NCBI RefSeq assembly: GCF_006345805.1 | Contig: NC_042998.1 | Coordinates: 116,870,001 to 116,934,000 of the forward strand | Length of the DNA: 64,000 nt | Direction of reading: 5' to 3' | Source: Octopus sinensis | Lineage: Eukaryota | In this document: positions 37,655 to 49,404 of the stretch, piece after piece | How the letters are laid out: each line of letters begins with the position of its first letter | Numbering within the stretch: position 1 is the stretch's first letter | The notes under the pieces: model-generated | What the model saw: only the letters and a program-made list of their open reading frames with translations | Told to the model about the DNA's origin: nothing | Databases searched by the model: none | Program-made: the position numbers and the translations under genes

Positions 37655-38659
37655 TATTAAAGAATGCAATTCATTAAACCATACTGCATGTAGACAGCTA
37701 AGATACACTGTCTTCTGTGGTAGCATCACCAAAGCAATGTCAATCGCAGATTTTCTTTAGCATGAGTTGTCTTATATTCAAGAATTCCTAAGTTGAATAT
37801 TCCTTACAAATTTAACATTTTTTGAGTGTGTATATAATTCTCAATAACAATACTTTTAGAATAACTTTAGCATAACTTTGGTTATCTTGGTTTCGTAAAA
37901 TCATTTTGCTAAATATGTATTTATGTATAAAACTTATTATTTGGACGAATCACTTAAAAGTTATTGGATAATACTTCATAAAACTGAAAAAGAAAAGATA
38001 ATAACATTTTAAAGTGAATTAGATGTCTTATTTGCATTTGAATTTATAATGCAATAAATATTCAATTCCAAGAATATGTCTATAAATGGTATTTTTTATA
38101 GAAAATAAATGTATGAATTCACTTCATATATAAATGATCAGAATAGTTTTCGTCTTATTTCCTTGACTATATGGAGTGTATATTCTAAAATCGCATTATT
38201 ATAATTGTTGTTGTTGTTATTGTTCTTGTTGTTCTTCTTCTTCTTGTAGTCGTCGTTGTTGTTTGTGTTGTTGTTTCCTTATATATTGATTGTGATGTTA
38301 TTTAAGCAGAAGTGTGTATAAACATTCCTACATACGTTTTACAAAATTGTAGCTGTTTTGAAGACAGCGTTGACTGTTACAAGTGGAATCGGATGTTTAA
38401 CCACAACGGATCATCCCGGAACAGTTTATTTCATTATGTGACAAAGATCTAATGTCTAAATCGGCAGGATGGTGAGACATTTTATTTTGAGAGGGAACTA
38501 AAGATACGAACGTACGTTTTTTTCGAAATGTCTCCCACATTTGTTTTGTATATCATAAATAGTAATTATACTAAGTACACTAGTAGCTTAACCAATACAC
38601 TGGAAGCAACTTGGACGAAGGTTATCTACGTGGAACTATCTTGCATACTTACACGCACA

Positions 38660-39118
38660 GCACTACTGTTGGAAGGACTTATCTGTGGTAGCAGGAGCGT
38701 TTTCCATATCATCGGAAAGAGTCAGAAGTGGTTATCAGAGAATTTTTATGATATCACCAGCCCCAATTTCTGGAGTCCTAGTTCCTCTGATTGTAAATTT
38801 ATGGGGTAATTAGTGTAAGGCACGGTTAAGAAAGACATCAGACGCTCTGCCTGCAACAGTAAGAACGGGCTGGTGTCCAAGATCAAAGACGTATTCAAAA
38901 ATCTTCCCAGGGACACAGAGAGGTATGCATACGCAAATTCCCTGATTTTCCATGCCATGGTGTAAGCTAAAATCATTTGCTTTGGAGTAAAATGTTGTTT
39001 CCCAGCCCTGATCTGGTTGATATATATTGATTTTTTTAATACTTGTATTTTGGAATGGGATTGTGTGTTTTCTTTTCTATTCATGAAAACTTTCAAATTT
39101 GTCCCCAAAACCCTATAT
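38660..39118 (+). mobile_element. DD37D (maT-type) transposase 3' fragment
   Basis: KSQKWLSENFYDITSPNFWSPSSSDC (WPPNSPDxNP motif), then LVSKIKDVFKNLPRDT. Confidence 0.7.
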
Positions 39119-39155
39119 CTATAACATGTAACACACACATACACACACACATGAC

Positions 39156-39238
<83 letters not shown>

Positions 39239-40274
39239 TTTCAATTTATGTTTGATATATTCTCTCACCTCTGAGACTATCTGGCATATACAGGTGCTTA
39301 CACTTATCAAGTATTCTCTCTAAACTTACAGTACCTATATATATATATATATATATAAGTATCTCTGTGTATGCGTATGTGTGCGTCTCTGGTGTGTCTC
39401 TGTATGTTTATTTAAAATGTAACTGCAGTGAACATTGATAGGAACACAGGAAGAAGAATATTTAACAATAAACGTAGTAAAGATGAAGAAGGGCCGGGAG
39501 AATGGGTACACGAAGCAACGAGCTCAATGAAGATAAAGATTAAAGAAAGCTGTCGAGGTGTTAGAAAAAAGATTAGAGAGCTGTTTGTTCTATGAAAGAG
39601 AGGGAAGAAGGGAAGAAGTAAATGTATTCAGAGCCAAGTGTAACAGACTATGTGCGTCTCGAAGCAGGCAGAAGATCAGTACATAACTTAGTGTGATGTA
39701 TGTTTGTGTATAACATTGTGCAAGTGTGTAATTATTGTTGGATTGTTGAGAGGATGCGTCGGCATGATGTTGAAAAACCTGCCCATGAGCTGCTGCGAGA
39801 GTGTATGAGCCTACGGGAGTAAAGATATTCTTGAAAGATATGATACGGCAAGAACAAGGTGGAAAGTGTTACTGATATGTGTGTAAGTGCATAACAAAAT
39901 TAAGTACGTGGGTGTATTTTAAGTGAGAAGGCTGCTATTAAAACTTGAAACTGAGGAAAAGTTCTTGAAGGTGCAGACAGAAGATACAAAACGAGACACA
40001 CGCGCACACACACATACACACACGCACTCACGTACGCACACACGCACACACTTCCACGAGTACAGACGTAAATATTATCAGCGATTATAAACTACTTTCA
40101 GAATTACGCCCATAACGAGACACAGTAGACTGTAAATTTTTGAAATATTAACTATATTTCTCTGGTCTTTCTAACTTATAGATATGCATATCAGATAATG
40201 TGCGTAATATGAAATACACACACATACACATGTATGCCACTGTTGTTATCCAAAGGAAAGACAAAGGCCGATAC

Positions 40275-40606
40275 AGCTTGGCATCACTGACGTTGCAGCT
40301 CATTAACGTGTAAGTGACTGAGCAATCCACAGACACGTGTACTCTTAACGTAGATTCAGCATGATACACAGTGTAACAAGGATGACCCTTTGAAATACAG
40401 GTACAACAGAAACAGAAAGAAGGGGTGTGAGAGAAAGCTGTGGTGAAAGAGTACAGCAGGGTTCACCCCCCCTACCGGAGCCTCGTCGAGTTTTAGGTGT
40501 TTTCGCTCAATAAACACTCACAATGCCCGCCCGGTCTGGAATCGAAACCGCAAACCTAAGACCACGAGTCCGCTGCCCTAGCCACTGGTCCATTGCGCCT
40601 CCACAC
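40275..40606 (-). mobile_element. tRNA-derived SINE (family C-related 3' part)
   Basis: Minus strand begins GTGGAGGCGCAATGGACCAGTGGCTAGGGCAGCGGACTCGTGG...GGTTTCGATTCC (A and B boxes). Confidence 0.88.
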
Positions 40607-40644
40607 TAACATACGCACACACACACACACCACACATGTATGTA

Positions 40645-40731
<87 letters not shown>

Positions 40732-40760
40732 ATATAATATATATATAGGTACTGTTTAAG

Positions 40761-41277
40761 AAGAGTGATCCCAGTGAGTGCACTCGCGTACTCGCATATC
40801 CGCACTTGCTAGTCATGACAAGTCGGTCCTATAATAACTACCAAGCGTGAGTGTGCGTATGTAAAATAATAGATGATTTTTTTTAACAGAGTCAATAAAT
40901 TATTTTTTTCTAAACAAACTAAATTATTTTTTTTTCAAAACGACGTAAATAAATTTGGAGTGCCTACAATGGGATTGCTGAAATAGATGTAACACGAAAA
41001 TACACTCATGTCAATTTTGAAAATTTTGTCGATCCTATAACAAATGTTCGTACAAATTCGGTTGAAAGTTATTAGAAGAACGTAAAACGACGTTTTAAGA
41101 GTGTCATGAGGGTACCAAAAACAGGTAGTGTGCTATTTTTATTTAATTTGCATTTAAAATAAAAATATGTTAATTTGCATACGCACACTTGCGCTAGGTA
41201 TTCGTTGTAGGATCGGCTTGTCACAACTAGCTAGCGCGGATGCGCAAGTGCATGTGTGCGCAAACGAGACCACTCTT
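40761..41277. mobile_element. Old MITE-like element with ~115-bp degenerate terminal inverted repeats
   Basis: AAGAGTG...CACTCTT termini; GCTAGTCATGACAAGTCGGTCCTA vs reverse complement GCTAGTTGTGACAAGCCGATCCTA; GTGTGCGTATG in both arms; no ORF. Confidence 0.7.
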
Positions 41278-41292
41278 ATATATGTATGTGTA

Positions 41293-41333
<41 letters not shown>

Positions 41334-41399
41334 TATTATATATATATAAAAGAAGTTTGAAAACGTCACTATATAAGATAAATTTTAATTTTCTTAGAG

Positions 41400-41448
41400 A
41401 TTTTAGATGTTTCGGTTCTTCTTGAAAACCGAACCTTATCAAAAATAT
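41400..41448 (-). ncRNA. Hammerhead-like motif, U3-A8 core, partly decayed
   Basis: Minus strand TATTT-TTGATAA-GGTTC-(12 nt)-GAACC-GAAA-CAT-C-TAAAAT; core and 5-bp stem II are clear, stems I and III are weak. Confidence 0.45.
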
Positions 41449-41571
41449 TTTAATAATAAAGTTCGTAGTTGTTTCTTACTCGTCTCAGCAGAGTCCACGC
41501 GGAAGTGTTTTGTAGTGGGGAGCATAATGGCTGTCTTGTGAGTTGGATAGGATCATTGGCTGCATCGTGAA

Positions 41572-41835
41572 AGTGACCATTGGTCGTAATAGCAGTAGTA
41601 GCAGAGACCGTTGATCATAGTAGTAGTAGTAGTAGTAGTAGTGTCCGTGGTGGTAGTGATGGTTAGAGTTGTAGCAGCAGTTTATTGGCTGTAGTAGTAG
41701 TAGTATCAGCGGCAGTGTAAGTGACCGTTAGCTGTAATAGCAGCAGTGGAAGAGAGTGTTGGTCGTAGTAGTAGTAGTGACCGTGGTGGTTGGAGTTGTA
41801 GCAGTAGTTCATTGGCTATAGTAGTAGTAGTAGTG
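41572..41835. repeat. Degenerate ~150-bp tandem duplication rich in (GTA)n
   Basis: GTGACC.TT.G..GTAATAGCAG...GAGTTGTAGCAG.AGTT.ATTGGCT.TAGTAGTAG occurs twice. Confidence 0.75.
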
Positions 41836-42083
41836 CTTATTATGTACAATATAATTGTTACGTAATTCCGAGCACCCAGAAAGAGCCGTTGAGTTAAAAA
41901 CTATGCATCTCACTTTAGTATTATGTATTTTTATGCTCTATGTAAATCTCCCTATATGCTTCTACATATATGTTTAACTCCTGAACATATTTTGTTATAT
42001 ATGTTCAATATATATTCATGTAAGGCCTAATCACTTTTATCTGCATTACAATCACTCTGTGCCTCACTCACCGTATGCATATA

Positions 42084-42174
<91 letters not shown>

Positions 42175-42884
42175 ATACGTAAATAAATACAAACACACAC
42201 AGACGTACATACACACAACCACACACAGGCAATGCCATTTTGAGAAATACTCCTAGCAATATGAAAAAGTTTACATACATAAATATTTCACCACTCCATT
42301 CTAGTCACATATATTTGACATTACTTTACGTGCAATGTATATAAGCTTTCATATATTGTATATAGTGTATTATATACACTAAATGTAATTCTAAAAAAAA
42401 GTATTTATGTAAATCTCCGCGCCGAGTATACTGTTACGAGTCAATGAATGTCGTCTTGTAATGTTTATTGATGCACTGCAATTCTTAACTGCTTCACGAA
42501 TACCAATAAGAAAAATGATTTGGAAATATAAAACTTTACAAAGCACACGGATGTGTATAAATATATAAGCGTACATGTATATATGTATTCATATATACAT
42601 ATATGAATGTGTGAATATTCATAACATCATAGGTAATACGGCAAACAATATAATGCAACACAAACTTTATTTGAACTAACATGCAACAACTTTTTTCGTC
42701 GATCCTGAATGGAACTTTATACGCATAAAATTCGCCATTGTACATTGTATGCAAACAGCGCCATCTGGACCATTTCACTTCAGTACTTAATTTATTCTAT
42801 TTTATTTCATTTCAATTTTACAAATTATCCGATACATACAAAACCACATATGCAGGTTCGAGTCCTCGACTAACAGCTATTTTA

Positions 42885-43720
42885 TAATAATTACATTACT
42901 TTAATTTTATCTCGTTTACCACTCACTATACTTGCTAAACTTAATTCAATTGTTATTCCTTAGCTCTAACTTTTATTGCTATTTCTATTTCTAAATTTCC
43001 TAGCTATTTTTTTAATTAATTACATTACTTTAGTTATATCTCGTTTACCACTCACTATACTTACTAAACTTAACTCAATCGTTATTGCTTTGCTCATACT
43101 CTTATTGATGTTTCTATTTCTAAATTTTCTATGGCACGTCGAGTGGATCTTATGCGTACACGGCGGTATTACATCAGTGAATTTATTTAACACTGCGTTG
43201 TTGTAATTTTTCAATATAGTATATGCCTCCCTTATGCATACACTGCACCTAGTGGACCCAATTCTATAAGGGGAGGCAAGTATAGCCATGTTATTTTTAT
43301 TCAACATTCCTTTCCTTAAAATCATTAACATGTAATGCCAATAGTGGGATTACAATATGTTGCTTGGCTTGATGTACTAAATGTAGGGGCACTCCTGTAT
43401 CTATTACTAATATTCATATCTCTATTACTACTAATATTATTCTTATTCCTATTATCAGCTTCATTAGAACTAAGCCCAACTTTACGCCTTAATTCACATT
43501 TATGATTCATATTATTTGCAACCCCTTCCCTCCCGTTGCTCTTATCATCCATAGTATTTTTATCCTTACAAATCTCATTATTAGCCTTATTAACGTGATA
43601 TTCCTGTGGTTATTGCTCGCATTGCCTCCCCTTGGGTAAAAAAAGCGTATACAGCTCATTGGAGCACTTCTATTTCCAGTCCATTGTATATCTTGAGCGT
43701 TGTTGTCACTCAAGATATAA
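42885..43720 (-). mobile_element. Penelope-like element 3' remnant with ~130-bp tandem duplication in its 3' region
   Basis: ILASPYRIGSTRCSVCIREAYTILKNYNNAVLNKFTDVIPPCTHK matches the PLE C-terminal pattern (PY..G...C.LCL.EK..I...LLN.R.E...CRH); 42888-43015 is repeated at ~43018-43135. Confidence 0.7.
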
Positions 43721-45180
43721 CTTTATACTTATATATATATATATATATTTCGCTATCTTCAAATTGCTTGCTCCAGTAAAGCATTTGAAAGTATCGAGAG
43801 AATGAGTTGTTTTTTAATGATATATTTACTATGTCTCAAAATGTATTCACATTATATCTAACAGTTCCAGAAAAATTCGTGATATCTCAACATTTAAGCA
43901 TTTTCCCTGTAATTTCATATCCATAATTTTCTCTTATTCGGTGATATTTAACTCTTGTGGAAAATCTCGTCTTTCTTTCCTCATTCTTTCTCCAAATTCT
44001 TTCCTACATCCGAGTTATTTCCCCCTCTCTCCATACTCATTCTCTCTCCTAAAAGTTTTGCATTCAGTTTAGCCTTGCTTTTTCCTGTCCAATCCATTCA
44101 TTTCTGGTTCCACCTTTCCAACCTCACTCATTGTTTTCTTCGAAATTTCCTATTTACGGTCGCTCAATTTTCCCATTACTCACTTTTCATATTTTTAATT
44201 CCCCTTGTCTCAGTTCCAACCATGATTCCTACGTCTCCCTTTGCTTTCAACGTTTTCTTCCTTTATTATCTGTTTCTTTTAATTTTTACAACTGTTACTT
44301 CCCGTTATTTCAAGCCGACATTTCTACGTAATTCTATCTTCCCTTATTCTTGCACTCTTTACTCCCCCCTCTCTCTCTCTCTCTCTCTTTCATAGAAAAA
44401 AGTCTTTATACCTTGCATTCTTCTTTGTTGCTATTTATTTCCCCCACGCGTTTGAGAGCAATGCACCATTTTTATTTTGCGCTATTACTATTCAACGTTC
44501 CTTCCTCTCGGTATCCTCCCTTCCTTTTGTGTATCTCTTGTCGAATGTCTCCACTTGAACAATTTGAGAAGATCTCGTGTTGCAAAGACGAACGTCATAC
44601 GGTCCGGCAAAGATGATATATCATACAAAACGAAATAAAATAAAATAAGATTTAATGAATAGTCTTCCTGTCTATAGAATCCAGAAAGCTATTTACCACT
44701 CACATGAATGTCTTAACAGAATTCAGCTCTCATTTTTCAATCCCCACTATAATATTTTTTTTCTCTATTTCTATCTATGCTTTCAAACAGTAAAGCTGTG
44801 TTCGAGACAAGATAAAATTTGACACACGCTTGCAGCTAAAATAATTTTGTACCAAGATTCTCTTTCAGAAATCGATATTCGCACAGATATTAAAACTTTC
44901 ACAAAAATGTACCATTTCAGCATAAATTTTTAAGAGTGTTTCCTTATTCCAATTGTGAAGAAGACAAAAGTTTACATCATTATTATAATAATATTTTGTT
45001 GTGCATTTAATCAACTCTAATGAAGTTCTGGTAAATATTTTGTTTTGGAATTTAGCGATGTTATTTTTAAAGGATATAATGTTTATATTAGTCTCACATA
45101 AGAAATACATATACTTATATATTGATACATACACGTATAGTTATATGAGTGTGTGTGTATATGTGTGTGTGTGTGCGAGT

Positions 45181-45600
45181 GTATGACTGTGTTTGTGCGT
45201 GTATGTGTGTTTGCGTGTGTCCTAAAAACATATGCACACAAACAAATACACAAAAATTTATAACATTTAATAAACCTAGAACAATAAATGTGAGCTACTA
45301 TTAGTTTCATGTTCGGAGAGCAATCGACAAACACTCAAACACTCAAATACACATAGGTATAGGTGTGTGTTGTGTGTGTTTGTATGACTGCGTTTGTGCG
45401 AGTATGTGTGTCTGCATGTGTACACAAACATACCCACACAAACATACACGCACAGACCTATATCATTTAATAACAAAACAAAAATAATAAATGTGAGCTT
45501 CAATTAGTTCCATGTTCGGATAGACAAACACTCAGACAAACACTTAGACAAATACACATAGGTATGTGGGTATATGTGTGCGTGTGTGTGCCTGCATGTG
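45181..45600. repeat. ~200-bp diverged tandem duplication
   Basis: GTATGACTG.GTTTGTGCG...AATAAATGTGAGCT...ATTAGTT.CATGTTCGGA.AG...CAAATACACATAGGTAT occurs twice. Confidence 0.8.
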
Positions 45601-46159
45601 TGTGTGGGGCGGGGTGCACATTTCACAAACGCATGAGTATGATAGTGGAAATCGTTAAAGAAATTCGTAGAGAAATATGTACGTTTTTCTTTATCCGTTT
45701 GCAAAGATATATTATGAATGATTTTGTGTAATTATAGGAAGCAAATCCCTATATAAGCCTGTAAAAGTGAGCACTTTTGTTTTTATACGGTGAGTAAGGG
45801 ACGATTGGTTCTTTAGCCTGTTTTCATTCATTGGAAGAATATTTTATAAATTGATGATATATACTTGAAATTACGCCATTTAATGGCTTAAGGGGAAGAA
45901 TATTCTTGTTACTTTGTCTTCCGCTTGATCAAAACTAGCCACTTCCTGCAAATATATCGTTGGCCAAACACACCTTAAACCGTCAACTAACCATCAAGAG
46001 TGTTAATCGAATTTCCGATCCATACTTTAGATTTGAAAAGCTGTATTTCTCGTTTTACTGTTTTCATTTCTACCACTTTCACTCTCTCTCTCTCCCCTCT
46101 CTCTCTATATCGCTCTGTTTGTTTCTCTCTCTGATTTCTCTGTCTCCTTGTATCTTTTC

Positions 46160-46420
46160 ATTTTCTTCTCCTTTTCTTCAGTCATTTGACTGCGGCCATG
46201 CTGAACACCGCCTCTACTTGAACAAATCGACCCTAAGACGTATTCTTTTGTAAGCCTAGTACTTATTCCATCGCACCCTCTTGCCGAACCGCTACGTTAC
46301 GGCGACGTAGACACACCAGCATCGGTTCTCAAGCGATGATGTCGGGACAAACTCAGACACACAAATACATATATAATTGCATGCATACACCTGTCTTGGT
46401 TTATTTTTTTGTAAATTCCA
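46160..46420 (-). mobile_element. SINE family B, partial
   Basis: TTCAGTCATTTGACTGCGGCCATGCTG...GTAAGCCTAGTACTTATTC...GCCGAACCGCTA. Confidence 0.85.
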
Positions 46421-46905
46421 ACTATATATATATATATGTATGCGAAGAGAGGGTGAGAGGGAGAGAGTAGTGGTATATAGAACAAGGCACCACTGCTTCC
46501 TGGAAATAGCAGTCGATAAATTTACGACGCTATAGTAAAGCTTAACTGTGTATTAAGTTTTGTAAGATATCCCAGATTTACGGACTGTGATTCTAAGAGA
46601 GACGTAATCCGTGTAAACGCGCGTAGTGATGCATTAAGTGCTTATAAATTCCATCCAAGAATTAATATTATTGTTATTATCATACTCAAACATACACACC
46701 ACACGCACACACACGCTCACACACACATATATATATTCAAACGCACACATATTTATATACATGCATTCATATATATATATATACATACATGCATGTACAT
46801 GTATATATATATATATATATATGTGTGTGTACATATTTATGTATATGTATGTATATGTATGTATATGTATATATATGTGTGTGTACATATGTATGTATAT
46901 GTATG

Positions 46906-46946
<41 letters not shown>

Positions 46947-48404
46947 TCAGGCAGATAAAGAGAAAGAGAGAGAGGGACAAAGGTATAGAAAGAGGGAAAG
47001 TGAGTGTGAGAGGGGGAGAGGAAGGTGATAGTCTAGTTGCAGCAGACCCCTATATCTTGAAAATGTGTTTTTCACACAGGTTAAAGAAAATCCATTAATC
47101 TTTGACCTTAAATGTTTATATTGGAACATATTAATTCGATTAAGAATGTGTATTACTATTCTAATTTGCCCGTGAACTAGTTAAAGGATTTATAACAGGC
47201 GAGAAGTTGCAAACAGTGTAGTCATGCTCTGTGTTCTGTTTACCGATGGAATGTATTAGTTGATGCTTATTTTAATTAACTCCTCCAGTTATTGGGAAGC
47301 TGTCCTTTTGACTTGTTGACTAATGCAAGTAATGGTAATTATATTCAGAGATTATACATATAACATGTATTCATAGAAATGCTTTACAGTAATTTGAATT
47401 CCTTTAAAATTTGCACTTATTATTTCAGCGTTTGTCCCGATTATAAACTTATTTCTTAAGTTAACCTGTTATAAAAAAAAATTTCATGAAATTCACATTC
47501 AAAATATAAAAGTTACCAAATCTCTTATAAATAATATACAACACATATTTCAGTCTATTGTAATTTTCCCCATATGTGTCTATGCATATATATAGAATAT
47601 TTTTTCATGAAACGTAATTGTGGAATATTTTTTCAAGAAACTACAAAAAAAAATATCACTAATCAGACTATACTAGAAATGGCGTTATCTATTTTTTTAT
47701 CTATTTTTTTTAATCATGCGTAATTATAATTAAATCGCTCTCAAAGAAAACCAAAATTGTAAAATAATCTGGAGTTATTTTGTTTGCAGACGATAAGTTT
47801 ATCAATACTTTAATGCGAGCATCAATAAGTTGATTAAAATGTTTTTAATTACTGCAAATATTTAGGAGCTAATTAACACAAACCATGAAATTAATTATGT
47901 TTTAAAACCGACATAACTTCACATATATCGTTTCTACCTTAAGTTATGAGGACGACAAAGCAAATTTATAAACAGACATTACCAAAGTACATACTTTTTC
48001 CATGAAGTATTGTTGTAAATAGGTGAAAATCTCAATTAAGTCTCAGAAAATAATGTCCATGAAAACATGAAATATTTTCTACTGATTAACTCGAGTTCGT
48101 AACGTGCTATAAATAATCAAAGAAATGACATTCCTGATATACCGAGTGTATTACATGTTAACAACACGTTTTAAAGCCATAAAACTTCTCTGCACAGATC
48201 ATATCTGCCTTGGAATATAATAGGATAATCTTTAAGAAAATGTTAAATAGGCCGTATTACTTTTAATGGTGTAATAGATATCAGGAAATGATCTTCTGAA
48301 GAAAATAGTTTTATAGATCGGAGCTGATATATGTGAACATATATACAGTCATGTAAAATCACGTGCGCACATATTCATGTATACATATACACAACCTACC
48401 TACA

Positions 48405-48436
<32 letters not shown>

Positions 48437-48495
48437 TATATATATATAATATATATATATATATATTATATATATATATACATCTGCATCTGCAT

Positions 48496-48544
<49 letters not shown>

Positions 48545-49297
48545 ACACACACACACGTATGACTGCACATTAAATCGGTCACATTGTATGTGTTACCCAC
48601 ACCTAAAAGTTGATATATTGATGATAGACTTGGAATATACTAGAGAGTGGGTGAAGAAATCCCTTATTCGAAATGTATAACAAGAAGTAGGTCAATATGA
48701 ATGGTCTTGTTTGGCAATTGCAAAATATTTTTTACGTAAAAAGAACTACGAACTTCAAAGCAATGAAAAATATACGCTGTAAAAGATCAAAGGGATTGCC
48801 ACAGAACGGAAAACTATTCAGAATCTATATTTAAGTTGAGTATAAGGGGCTGTAGAATGAAAAGGGCGAGTGATTTTTCACCTGCGTACTCTCAGCGTAA
48901 TTCGCAAATTCTTTTTTTATTTTTTGCTGAATTAAAATGATATGGTTTGAATGTCACGAAGAAATGGTAAATATTATTCCATTGTAGGATATTTTACATC
49001 GACGAACACGCACATTGACGATGATACACAGGCAATCTCATACCTTCACAAAATCTTTCAACCATATATATATACATACCAAAACATATAGAGTGGGTTA
49101 CAAAATAAGTAAGTGTAAATATGGTTGCCAAAGATACCAAATAAAATGTGCTAAGTTGAGGATATGAAATTGATAAAAAAAGTCTTGCTTGCATAATTGT
49201 GGTAATATATGCTCACATATTACTTGTACGAAACTATATCGATAGGAAAACATTAACATCAATACGCTATTATATATCTATATATATATAGAGAGAG

Positions 49298-49309
49298 AGA
49301 TAGATAGAT

Positions 49310-49404
<95 letters not shown>
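49298..49404. repeat. (GATA)n at the 3' junction of the Tx1 element
   Basis: Direct repeat run. Confidence 0.97.

Noticed and set aside
39400-39980. Purine-rich tract possibly from an old minus-strand LINE; similar tracts at 33760-33950 and 43955-44390
   Set aside because: No motif clear enough to assign a family.
42845-42880. CTGTTAGTCGAGGACTCGAACC (minus strand) near the PLE 3' end
   Set aside because: Needs several edits to reach a hammerhead, and no stem I pairing is visible.
48610-48830. YIDD and IPYS strings suggesting a PLE RT remnant
   Set aside because: They are only about 10 codons apart, with stops, whereas real PLE spacing is much longer; insufficient evidence.
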